Below are positions 17,636-27,800 of a DNA stretch of 64,000 nt, in pieces. Under the pieces are notes generated by a model. It was not told the origin of the DNA. It saw only the letters and a program-made list of their open reading frames with translations, and ran no database searches. Both the position numbers and the translations under genes were made by a program. How positions within the stretch are numbered: the stretch's first letter is position 1; the number at the start of each line of letters is the position of its first letter. This DNA comes from a bacterium (GTDB lineage Bacteria; Krumholzibacteriota; Krumholzibacteriia; G020349025), in NCBI GenBank assembly GCA_031362565.1, contig JANLSU010000050.1, positions 1 to 64,000 on the forward strand, written 5' to 3'.

Positions 17636-18022
17636 CTACGACCGCCGCGTGCCGTCTCGGCGTTCGATTCGCAACAGGCGGATCGGTGTGCCGATGAGAC
17701 GTTCGTTGGGCAAGATTTCCCGCAACTCACCTGAGAAAAGCACCCGCAGTCCGTCTTCGCGGAACGCCTCCGGAAGGTCGTCGGGAAGATAGCGTTCGTC
17801 CGGGTGTGCCTCTGGAATCAGCAGGAACGTCTCGGCATCAATCGGGAATCGCTTCAACGTTGCCGCGACGTCAGTGAGAGCCGCAGTTGCCGGCTGCGAT
17901 TCGGATTCCGATTTCGCCTCCGGCTTGGGTTCCGCCTGCCGGCAGCTACTCATCCCGGTCACGAAGATCGCCGCAATCACAGTGAGAGACTTCAAGACTC
18001 GGATCCGGCCGCCATGCGCCAT
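17636..18022 (-). CDS. Small hypothetical lipoprotein
   Basis: Hydrophobic N-terminus with SSC; YLPDDLPEAFREDGLRVLFSG. Confidence 0.65.
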   Translation of the reverse strand: MAHGGRIRVLKSLTVIAAIFVTGMSSCRQAEPKPEAKSESESQPATAALTDVAATLKRFPIDAETFLLIPEAHPDERYLPDDLPEAFREDGLRVLFSGELREILPNERLIGTPIRLLRIERRDGTRRS

Positions 18023-18199
18023 TCGATTGCCCCCCCCGAAGGATTGACCCCCAGTCTAAGCATCAACGCCCACCAACGCCAAGCACCGCGCCCCGCCGCC
18101 AGATCACGCAGGCGGCACCCCCGCCGCAGCCGCCGCATCAAACGTGAGCGGGCGGCATCGCGGCGGGCTGCGGGCGGCCTCTGTGCTAGGGTGGCCGCC

Positions 18200-20023
18200 A
18201 TGCGTCCCAACAGCGCAACCGGATTAGATCCCGCCGAAGGAACTCGAGCCCTCCCGGCGGGGGAGCCGTTGGCGTTTCTCTTCGTCGCCACGACGCCACC
18301 AGTCGACGACGAATCGTGGCTCCTCGCGACCGCGCGGGCGTTGCTGGACCGTGGGCATCGCGTTGCGATCGCCACCGTTCGCGGGACCTCACTCGCTACC
18401 CGTCCACCGGAGCCCGGCCTGACCGTGCTCACGATGCGTCCTGGCCGCCGGTTCAACCTGCGAGCCCGATGGCGCGCCCGCGCGATTCGCAAGCGGCATC
18501 AGTTCGACCTCGCGATCACGTTCGATCCCACCGCCTTCGAAATCGCCCGGTCGATTGCTGTCGAACCCACGCCGCTCGTTTGGCGGGCGAGCGCCGTCGA
18601 CAGCAGCAAGCCGGCTCGACGCTGCTTGACGCATTCGCGCCTCACGGCGCTCTGGCTCGTCCCCGGTGCTCCACCCGTACCGGAACTTGCGGACATTCCG
18701 CGGCGTGCTGCACGCAGGGCTGCGCCCGCCGCTCTCGCGGTGCGCGTGCTCACGGACGCCGTTACGATTCCATCCGAGCCACTCGATCCGACTGCGACGC
18801 GCCGCGAACTGCGCTTGCCGCGACGGGTGGTGCTCGGTTTGCACGTTGCGCCGCTCGAGCGCGGCTACGGTCACGAAACAATTCTGCGCGCCCTCCAGGA
18901 ACTGCAAAAGAGCCGCCGGCCGTTGCCGACTGTTGCCTTCCTCGGCACCGGACCCGAGGAGTCGCGTTTGCACGTGCTCTGCCAAGACCTCGGCGTCAAG
19001 GAGAACGTGTTGTGGCTCGGTTTCCGCCGCGACACCGAACCCTTCGTGCACGCGGCCGACTTCGTACTGGCGCCGGAAGCGAGCGCGAACACTCGATCCG
19101 TTCTCCTCGCCGCCCAAGCCGCCGGCGTACAAGTCCTCGCCGCCGACACGGCGGTTGCCGAAGAGTGCAGCCCGGCGCCCGGTGGTCTGCGCATCGCCAG
19201 CACTGCCCCGAAAGCCTGGGCCGAAGTGATCGCCCAAGTGTTGGCAGACCGCGCCGATCTCGCCGATCCCGCCGCGCTCGCCGCGGTCGCCGCGCGCAGT
19301 GCCGCCGCCCGCCGCGCCGCCGCAACGCGTGCGAACACCCACACCGCCGCCGAACTCGAGTGCGCCGTGCACGCCGCGCGCCTCCAACGCGCCGGTTTCG
19401 CCGATCGTGCGCCCAGCCACGCCGAAAACCACGCGCCCAACCCCGCCGCCAACCGCGGGGCTCGCCGTCCCGCGCTGTTCTTGGACCGCGACGGTACGCT
19501 GGTCGAAAACGTGCCTTACAACGCCGATCCCACTGCCGTCGTTCTCGAACCACGCGTCGGGCGCGCATTGCGCTGGGCGCGCGACGCCGGGTTCGCGCTT
19601 GTCGTCGTCACGAATCAATCGGCTCTAGCTCGCGGCCTGTGCACCGAAGCGGACGTCCAAGCCGTGAACGACCGCATGCGGGATCTGCTGCGTGCCGAGG
19701 GCTGCGAGTTGGACGGCGTCTATGTTTGTCCGCATCATCCGGACTTTGGCCCGGCGTGCGATTGCCGCAAGCCCGCGCCCGGGTTGTTGCAACGTGCCGC
19801 ACGTGACCTGCATCTCGATCTCACTCGCAGCGTGCTCGTGGGTGACTCCGAGCGCGACATGGAAGCAGCCCGCCGCGCCGGTGTGCGGCCACTCTTTTAC
19901 CGCAACCCCTCGCTCGCCATCGCGCCCGGCGCCGAGCTAGTGCCAGCCGGTGTCCAAGCTCACGACGATTGGCTTGCGCTCGTACGTCAACTGCTGGCCG
20001 ACACCGGCCGCGAATTCCTGTAA
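18200..20023 (+). CDS. GT4-like glycosyltransferase fused to a GmhB-like HAD-IIIA phosphatase
   Basis: GT-B signature VLWLGFRRD; C-terminal FLDRDGTL, VTNQS, CPHHP..CDCRKPAPG, VGDSERD. Confidence 0.8.
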   Translation: MRPNSATGLDPAEGTRALPAGEPLAFLFVATTPPVDDESWLLATARALLDRGHRVAIATVRGTSLATRPPEPGLTVLTMRPGRRFNLRARWRARAIRKRHQFDLAITFDPTAFEIARSIAVEPTPLVWRASAVDSSKPARRCLTHSRLTALWLVPGAPPVPELADIPRRAARRAAPAALAVRVLTDAVTIPSEPLDPTATRRELRLPRRVVLGLHVAPLERGYGHETILRALQELQKSRRPLPTVAFLGTGPEESRLHVLCQDLGVKENVLWLGFRRDTEPFVHAADFVLAPEASANTRSVLLAAQAAGVQVLAADTAVAEECSPAPGGLRIASTAPKAWAEVIAQVLADRADLADPAALAAVAARSAAARRAAATRANTHTAAELECAVHAARLQRAGFADRAPSHAENHAPNPAANRGARRPALFLDRDGTLVENVPYNADPTAVVLEPRVGRALRWARDAGFALVVVTNQSALARGLCTEADVQAVNDRMRDLLRAEGCELDGVYVCPHHPDFGPACDCRKPAPGLLQRAARDLHLDLTRSVLVGDSERDMEAARRAGVRPLFYRNPSLAIAPGAELVPAGVQAHDDWLALVRQLLADTGREFL

Positions 20024-20074
20024 GCTCGCCAACCGCCCTTTGCCGCCAGTTTGTCGCCCAAGCCCCCCGCCGTC

Positions 20075-21193
20075 CTAGCCAGCCCGTGGAGGCAGCGAAC
20101 GAGCGAAATTGTCGACCATGGCGCCGTACGGCTGCGGGAGTTCGCGCACCCCTTCGGCGTGCCACGGCCCGAAGAACTCGCGCGCCTGATGCTGGTTGTG
20201 GCGCGCGCACAAGAGCCGCACGTTGGCCACCGTGGCGCTGCCACCGTCACCGTGCGGCCGCGCGTGATCGAACTCGATCTGATCCTCTTCAGTGCAGCGT
20301 TTGCCGCTCGGGCTGACGAAGGAGCAGCGGCCTTGATCGCGCTGCCACACGGCACGTTTCACGGCGGCTGGAATGTACCGCGAGTGTCCCTCTGCCGTTT
20401 GCTTTCCCGCCCGCGGCCGATCGGTGGCCGCGATCTTTTTCTTTTCGAGATCCCGCACGAGCAGCTCGAGCGCCCGGCCCATGACGGCCGCCAAATCGCC
20501 ATCCGGGATCTGATGGCGCAACAGCGCTTGCGCCCGGCGCAGATTGCGATAGATCGCCGCGCTCGCGGTGAATTGAACTTTGTAACGCTCCGGCGCGAGC
20601 GGAACGACAACCGCTGGACGCGTGGGCGCAGCTGCGGCCGAGGCCGCCCCAGGTCGAGCCGCGGCGGTCCCTTGCGCGGCGGCCGCCGCTGCCTGCGCTG
20701 CAGCTGCCAACGCGAGTTCCGGCTCACACGTTGGCCCCGGCGCGGGTCGCGGCGTTGCGACCTTGCGCACCGCATCCGGCACATCCGGCTGTGGCCGCAG
20801 GCGCGCTACCAGCTCTTCCACCTCGCGTTTCGACTTGTGCTTCGCTGCATCGAGCAGCTCTTGATGGTTCTCGGGCGTCAGGATCGACCCCAGCATCTGA
20901 ACTGCGGTCAGATGGATGTCGCCGCGGGCGAGACGCACCAAAACGACGGGAAACCGGCGGACGATTCTTGCCGCCTCGATCCGGTTGTAGGCCGCGTGCT
21001 CCGAGAGATGCAAGACCTGGACGCAGTACGTGAAGAGCGACCGGCAACCCGCTCCGAGATACAACTGACGCCTGTCGAACTCGGCCAGGTGCGCGACGAG
21101 TGTCGCCGTCGCATGGCTTTCGTGCCGCACGAGGTGCTTCAGCCGCGCCGTAAGTGCGGCATCAGAAAGGCTGGCAGGAGATCCGATGTTCAT
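20075..21193 (-). CDS. DUF222-like HNH endonuclease
   Basis: LSDAAL..LVAHLAEFDRRQLY..SLFTYC..LSEHAAYNRI; RDQGRC..C..EFDH..NVRLLCARHN; AAGGAGG RBS. Confidence 0.85.
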   Translation of the reverse strand: MNIGSPASLSDAALTARLKHLVRHESHATATLVAHLAEFDRRQLYLGAGCRSLFTYCVQVLHLSEHAAYNRIEAARIVRRFPVVLVRLARGDIHLTAVQMLGSILTPENHQELLDAAKHKSKREVEELVARLRPQPDVPDAVRKVATPRPAPGPTCEPELALAAAAQAAAAAAQGTAAARPGAASAAAAPTRPAVVVPLAPERYKVQFTASAAIYRNLRRAQALLRHQIPDGDLAAVMGRALELLVRDLEKKKIAATDRPRAGKQTAEGHSRYIPAAVKRAVWQRDQGRCSFVSPSGKRCTEEDQIEFDHARPHGDGGSATVANVRLLCARHNQHQAREFFGPWHAEGVRELPQPYGAMVDNFARSLPPRAG

Positions 21194-21601
21194 CGTCGCC
21201 TCCTTTCTTCTCGCGTGAGAGTGTGGTGAGCACGTTCGTGTCCGAGGAACGCGAACCATCGTCCATCGATGGCGCCCAAGGTTGGGCGGTCGCAAGGATC
21301 TTGCAATCGACGGGCCGGGTGAACTGGCCGCGGAATTTGGCTCTGCGACTGCGGCGATTCCGAAATTGCCGGGCGCCAATCGTAAAGCGCAGAGATAGGG
21401 AAGTGTCGATCGCGTTGACGCCAGTGCCGAGGATTTCTGTGATCGCCAGGTGCGACGGGCGGCAGGCGCGCTCGGGTGGTAGCGCGCCAGGCGCACCCGC
21501 GCGGCAACGCAATTGTGTCGTTCGGCGTCCTCGCGCAAACCCGCATCACCGAAGTAGTTGCAAACATCGTCGGGCGGGTTTGCACTCGTTCCAGAACGAG
21601 T

Positions 21602-23544
21602 GTGCGCCAGGCAAAGCCTGAGAAGGGGGAAGGCGTGAGCGGGTCGCCGCTCACCGGAAACTCTTCATCGTGACCCAGTGAGAATTTGAAAGCTCACCCG
21701 GCAAAGCTGGCCAGCAGCCGGAACCGAGTGTTGCGTGGTCTCGGGGTGACCCGAGCTGCGAAGCGTACACAGGGAGCAAGCGGGCCGTGTGATTGAGCCT
21801 CGAAAACGGAATCATTGCGGGAGCCGACGTATTACTCGTCGCGGAAGGCAGCATGAACATCCCGAATGGCAAGGGATGTCTCGTCCCGCCGGGGTCGTAG
21901 AGCAGGGCACGTTTGCATAGGGGCCACTCAGGAACCTGGGAGATCCGACGGTTTCTCGTCGAGTGATGAGTACGCACGTACGACGCAAGGAAGGACGTGC
22001 GGATGGGCCGCCGGAAGTCAGAGCACCTGCACAGTACCGCAGAAGCGGGGGAACCGACCCGAGGGACCCCGTGGAGGGAAGGCGGGTGTCGGATTACGGG
22101 ATCGTTGGAGGGAAAGGCGAATGGGAACACTGAATCCCCGCGACGTCTCGACATCACTTCAACGAATAGCGGATCTGGCGCGGAAGGCGCCGGAGCGCTC
22201 GTTCATGAGCATCCACCACGTGATCGATGTGGATCTACTGCGGGAAGCGTATCGGCGGACACGCAAGGATGGAGCAGTTGGTGTGGACCAGCAGACAGCG
22301 GCAGAGTACGCAGCAAATCTGGAGGAGAATCTCCCGTCGCTGCGTGACCGCCTGAAGCTTGGCACCTACTACGCGCCTCCGGTGCGTCGCGTCGACATCC
22401 CAAAGGGAGACGGATCGCAGACACGGCCGATTGGAATTCCGACCTTTGAAGACAAGGTGCTTCAACGGGCGGTGGCGATGGTACTGGAAGAAATCTACGA
22501 GCAGGACTTTATGGATTGCTCGTACGGCTTCCGCCGTGGCCGGTCAGCGCATCAAGCGCTGGACACAATCTTCCATTCGATGATGCAAATGCGCGGCGGC
22601 TACGTGATTGAGCTCGACATCGAGAAGTTTTTCGATCGGCTCGATCACGGACATCTCCGGACCTTTCTCGACCGGAGGGTGTGTGACGGGGTGATCCGTC
22701 GCGCGATCGACAAGTGGCTGAAGGCCGGCGTACTCACAGAGGGCCGACTGACGCACTCTCGACAAGGGACACCGCAAGGTGGAGTGATCTCTCCGCTTCT
22801 TGCCAATATCTATCTGCATGAGGTCTTCGATCGATGGTTTCAGGAGCAGATCGCACCACAACTACGAGGTCGCTCGTTTATGGTGCGCTACGCCGATGAT
22901 GCTATCCTGGTGTTTTCGTCCGAGGAGGACGCTCGCCGCGTGTTCGAAGTCTTGCCAAAGCGGTTTGCTCGCTTCGGTCTGACCCTGCACCCGGAAAAGA
23001 CCCGCCTCGTCCAATTCACCTGCCCGCCCTATCTGCGAATGCAACGGCTTCCGCAGAAAGAAGGCGGACCGGACACCTTCGACTTTCTCGGCTTCACCCA
23101 CTACTGGGGCAAGTCCAGGAAAGGTCGATGGATCGTGCGCAAGAAGACGATCAGAGATCGTCTCGTCCGCTTCCTGCGGCGGATCGCGCAGTGGTGCCGA
23201 CGATATCGGCATGAGAAGATCGCGTGGCAACACGCGCATCTTGTCCGCGTGATCCGAGGTCACGATGCCTACTACGCTGTGACAGGTAACGAACGCCAGC
23301 TTGATCGGCTTCGTCAACTCGTGCATCGTATCTGGCAGAAATGGCTCTCACGTCGCTCGGAATCGACGCCCATGTCATGGGCACGTTTCAACCGCCTGCT
23401 CGCGCGATACCCACTTCCGAAGGTGCGAGTCGTACACTCGCTCTATCATGCAGCGAAACCGTAATCTGAGGAGCCGGATGCGTCAATCGCGCACGTCCGG
23501 ATCTGTGGGGGGCGGCCGGTCGCGAGACCGGTCGCTATCCCGAT
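21602..23544 (+). mobile_element. Complete group II intron (IIB-like RNA, En-less IEP)
   Basis: 5' GTGCG; EBS1 ACTCGT (21834-39) complementary to IBS1 ACGAGT (21596-601); domain V GAGCCGGATGCG..CGCACGTCCGGATC; domain VI ending CTATCCCGAT. Confidence 0.93.
22121..23464 (+). CDS. ltrA: Group II intron reverse transcriptase/maturase
   Basis: IPKGDG..RPIGIPT..DKVLQ, SYGFR, DIEKFFD, GTPQGGVISPLLANIYL, RYADD, FDFLGF; no endonuclease domain. Confidence 0.95.
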   Translation: MGTLNPRDVSTSLQRIADLARKAPERSFMSIHHVIDVDLLREAYRRTRKDGAVGVDQQTAAEYAANLEENLPSLRDRLKLGTYYAPPVRRVDIPKGDGSQTRPIGIPTFEDKVLQRAVAMVLEEIYEQDFMDCSYGFRRGRSAHQALDTIFHSMMQMRGGYVIELDIEKFFDRLDHGHLRTFLDRRVCDGVIRRAIDKWLKAGVLTEGRLTHSRQGTPQGGVISPLLANIYLHEVFDRWFQEQIAPQLRGRSFMVRYADDAILVFSSEEDARRVFEVLPKRFARFGLTLHPEKTRLVQFTCPPYLRMQRLPQKEGGPDTFDFLGFTHYWGKSRKGRWIVRKKTIRDRLVRFLRRIAQWCRRYRHEKIAWQHAHLVRVIRGHDAYYAVTGNERQLDRLRQLVHRIWQKWLSRRSESTPMSWARFNRLLARYPLPKVRVVHSLYHAAKP

Positions 23545-23644
23545 GTTTGCAAGATAACAATGCCGCGATCGAGGCTCATCGCGGGCTCGCCAGCGCCGGC
23601 CGCCGCCGCACGATTACGCCGGTCCGCGAATTGCTGGGCTTGGT

Positions 23645-24715
23645 TCAGCGCGCTGCGAAGAATTCGCGGAATTCGCGTGGGAGGGCGTCGGCGCCGACGG
23701 TTGTTTGGTGCGCGAATGCGTTGGCGGGCTGGGTGTGCCAGAAGAGCACGGGGCCGGTGACGGTGCCGGCGCGCACGTCGTGCATGAGCGCGGCGAGCGC
23801 CGGCGAACCGTGCCGTGAATCCAGTTCGATGTTCTCGAGGTCACGCAGCAGGCCGCGTGCCTGATGCGCGGCGACATTGCCGAGACTCGAGTCCGTGAAG
23901 TTATGGCGCATTTCGATGTTCTTGAATCCGAACGGCTGAGTCGGGATACGCCGTGTCTTGTGCCGGAGCAGGCCGGCTGTACGTTCGGCAAGCGCCGTCG
24001 GCCGGGCGTGCGTGCCCCGCGCGTTGGCAACGGCCACGATCGTCGAGCGGATCTGCGCCAACTGGCAGCCGAGCGCGAGACCCGCAGCCGTGGCGCCCGT
24101 CGTCGCGGGCACATAGATGCGTTCCGGCTCGGGCAGAATGCCGACGTTGATCTGGCGTTTCAATTCGTACGCCGCGTTGACATATCCGAGGGCGCCAAAG
24201 AGTGCGGCGCGGCGCGGCCACAGCACATACGGACGGCGCGAATCGTCGTCGTCGGCGCGCCGCAAGGCGCTGCGCAACAGCCGGACGAGCGCCATCGGTC
24301 CGCCGTCCAGCCGATGCAACTCGGCCCCGAGTTCGTGTTCGATTTGCAACGAGCGCTGCACGTCGCGCCCGTCGCGCCGGCGCGCCAACGCCAGAACCGG
24401 CTGGACTCGGAAGTGGTGCGCGAACGTCGTGACGGCCAGGCAATGACCGCTGCCGACACCGCCGAAGGCGACGATGCGGCGTGCGCCGCTCCGCAGCACG
24501 TCTCCGAAGACGAACTCGAGCTTGCGCGGTTTGTCGCCGCCGTACACTTCGCTCGTCTGGTCGTCGCGCTTCACCCACAGTGACGCCGCGTGCAAGTACG
24601 ACTCGATGCGCACGAGCCGCTCGACTGGGGTGGCGCGGGCCAACGGCACCCAGGGCAGGCGCTCGCGCAACTCCGGGTAGTTGCGGAAGATCTCGGGTGT
24701 TGGATAGCTGCTCAT
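23645..24715 (-). CDS. PLP-dependent ACC deaminase/D-cysteine desulfhydrase-like protein (divergent)
   Basis: TPVERL..LWVKRDD..YGGDKPRKLEF..GALGYVNAAYEL..VLFWHT. Confidence 0.8.
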   Translation of the reverse strand: MSSYPTPEIFRNYPELRERLPWVPLARATPVERLVRIESYLHAASLWVKRDDQTSEVYGGDKPRKLEFVFGDVLRSGARRIVAFGGVGSGHCLAVTTFAHHFRVQPVLALARRRDGRDVQRSLQIEHELGAELHRLDGGPMALVRLLRSALRRADDDDSRRPYVLWPRRAALFGALGYVNAAYELKRQINVGILPEPERIYVPATTGATAAGLALGCQLAQIRSTIVAVANARGTHARPTALAERTAGLLRHKTRRIPTQPFGFKNIEMRHNFTDSSLGNVAAHQARGLLRDLENIELDSRHGSPALAALMHDVRAGTVTGPVLFWHTQPANAFAHQTTVGADALPREFREFFAAR

Positions 24716-24858
24716 GGCGTCGACTCCACGAGGAGTATACCAGTGTCGAAGCACGCGGCAAACCATGAGCCGCCGGCCGATTCATCGACCGCCAACAGAA
24801 CGGCACGCTGGGCTATACTTCAGGTCGCGCTTTCTCATCTTTGGGGGGACATCTCGCC

Positions 24859-27800
24859 ATGGCGCCCAACCATCCGCACGGATCCCGATCCCGATCCCGA
24901 TCCCGATCCCGGTGGCCCGGCGGGCTAGCACTCGTCGCGTCCAGCGTCCTGAACACCGGACTCGTGTCGCCGGCCGCGGCGCGGCAGATCGAAACGACCC
25001 TGCCCGCCAGAACGACCACGACCTCCGTCCCTGTCGGCTCTGATGTCGTAGGTTCCGCGGCTGCCGCCGCCGGCTCCGCCATCCTGGGTTCCGCCGCTGC
25101 CGCCGTCCGTTCGGGTGGCGGCCTCCTGGGTGGTTCCGAGGGCGCCCTCTATACATTCGTTGTGCCCGACGGTGAGGTCGCCACGGCAGTGCGGTCGCTC
25201 GATCCAGGCACGGCTGTCGAGCTCGTGGGGACTGCGACCTGGCGCGGCGCGGCGCTGGCGATCGTGCGCGCCACTGGCCGCGACGTCACTGGCCCGGGCG
25301 CCACCGGCCCCGGCGCCGCGTTGGACGCCTTCGGGCAGCGCGTCGTGATCGAGACCGCCATGGCACCTGGTGCGCCTGCCCCTGGGACTGGGGCCGCCGC
25401 CGGCGACGCCATCCGCCGCCTGCGCCCGGACCCCGCCGGCGAGCAGGCCGAGCGCGCCGAACTCCGAGCCCTCGTCGCCAACCCCGCGGACGTCGCGGTG
25501 TTTCACCCAGCGCTTCCACCGCGCGTTGCCAAAGCCACTCCGAGTCGATTCCGGCCGTCCAGCTACCCCGACCTCGAGGGCAGCCCGGTTCGCTATCTCA
25601 TCGTGACCGACGCGGCGTTCGTCGCGGATTTCCAAACTCTTGCCGATTGGAAGACACGCCGTGGCTTTCCGGCGCAGGTGCGGACCCTCGACTGGGTCGT
25701 AGCGCACGCTCGGCACGGCAGCGACCTGGCTGAAACCATTCGGAATTTCTTGCAGGACGCATACGCACTTTGGGGCGTGGACTACGTGCTCTTGGGCGGC
25801 GATACCGACCGCATTCCAGCCCGCATCGCGACCTCCGGCGTCCCCGGCACGGCGACGCCTGTCCCGACGGATCTCTACTACGCCTGTCTCGACGGGACGT
25901 GGAACGCCAACCGCAACGGCATCTGGGCGGAGCCCGCGACCGGCGCCAACAACCTCGGCGACCAAGCGGATCTTTACGCCGAACTCTTCGTGGCGCGTGC
26001 CCCCGTGCACTCCGGCACCGAAGTGCAGAATTTCGTCCAGAAAACGATTCGCTACGAGACCCCCATCGACACCGCGTATCAAAATCAGATGCTGTTACTT
26101 GGCGAGGTCCTCTCGCCGGCCGACTACGACAGCCTGCAGTCCATCACTCTCGACGGCGCGGCGCTCTCGGAGCAGGTTCGCATCAACAATGTGCCGGGAA
26201 CCCAGGCCATCACGCGCCAATACGAAACGGCATTTCTCTATCCGGGCTCGACGAAAATCACCAAAGCCGCGTCTCTCGCCGCCATGAATGCCGGCACGAA
26301 CTTCGTCAATCACATCGGCCACGGATTCCGTTACAACATGTCGGTCGGCAACGCGAGCATCGTGAATGCCGACGCCGATGCGATGACCAACGGCAACCGG
26401 ACTTTTATTCTTTATTTGCTCAACTGCACTGCACTCGCATATGACAGCAATTCGCTGGGCGAACGCTTTTTGCTCGCACCCAGCGGCGGGGCAGCAGGCG
26501 TCATCGGCGCGAGCCGCGAGGCCTACCCGTCGACGTCGATCGCCTACAACCAAGCGTTCTACGATCAACTTTTCGCGCAGGGGAATACGGCGCTCGCCAC
26601 CGCGTTCTCGAACGCCCGGCTCGGACGCACTGTATTCACGTTCTTCGACACCCAAGACCGCTGGACGCATTTCATCGACAACGTGCTGGGGGATCCGGCC
26701 CTCACCGTCTACACGGGCCCGGCGCTGGCCCCGCAAGTGACGCATCCGGCGACGATCGCGCTCGGCACGACCAGCGTCGCGGTGCACGTCGATGCAGCGT
26801 CCGTGCCGGTCGCCGGCGCGCTGGTTTGTCTCTGGAAGGGCGACGAGGCGTATGCGACCGGAACGACCGACGGTTCCGGCGATATCACGCTCGACCTGCG
26901 CGCCGACACGCAGGGCAGCGTCCTCGTCACGGTGTCGCAGCGCAACCTCCGCACCTATCTCGGCACGATCGCCGTCGGCGCCTCCGCACCGGCTCACCCG
27001 CGCATCGCGTCCGCGACAATCATCGACGACGGATCGAACGGTTCAGTCGGCAACGGTGACGGCGAGGCCGATGCCGGCGAGACGGTGGGCCTCGACGTCC
27101 ACATCGCCAACGCCGGCGGCGCGTCGATCACGGCGCGCGCCCGGCTCGTGTCGGGGCTCCTGCAAGCGGTCGCGCTCCAGGATTCCGTCGAACTAGGCGT
27201 CCTCGCGCCGTCCGCGACGCCAACCGCGATCGCACACTTCCTCGTGCATCTCGACCCGGCAATCGCCGACCAGACCACCGTGCCGTTCACGGTGCAGTTC
27301 CGCGATCAATCGGCAACATCGTTCGGATCCGAAGCGCTGCCCAAGGTCATTCACGCCCCACGCCTCGAAGTCGTCGAGGTTTTGCCGGCCAGTGCGGCCG
27401 GTACCACGACATTCAATGTTGTCGTCAAGAACTTCGGCTCCGGTGCCGCAACGGCGCTCGCGGCAACGCTGACGAGCACGGACCCGGATGTGTCGATTGG
27501 ACAGGGCGCGGCCACCATCGCCGCCGCCGCGAGCTACGGAACCGGCTCGACATCGCCGGCGCTCGTCGTCACCGAAACCAACACCACGCAGCGCAACCGG
27601 CTGCACCTGGCGCTGGTGGATGGCTTCGGGCGCAGCACGCCTTTCGACTTCGATCTGCGCGGTCCGGGAACAGCGTCGAAACCCGTCGCCGATGCGAGCC
27701 AGGGCCCGACCGTCATGCGCCTCACCTGGAGCACCTCCGCCGATGCGGATCTACTCGGTTATCACGTCTACCGGCGCCTGTCGGGGATCGGCACGTTGGT

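Noticed and set aside
22121..23464. RT as retron, DGR or defence RT
   Set aside because: Flanked by canonical group II intron ends, domains V/VI and EBS1/IBS1 pairing; no template/variable repeat pair seen.
24881..24910. Phase-variation ON/OFF switch
   Set aside because: The unit length of 6 keeps the frame, so slippage cannot switch the gene off.
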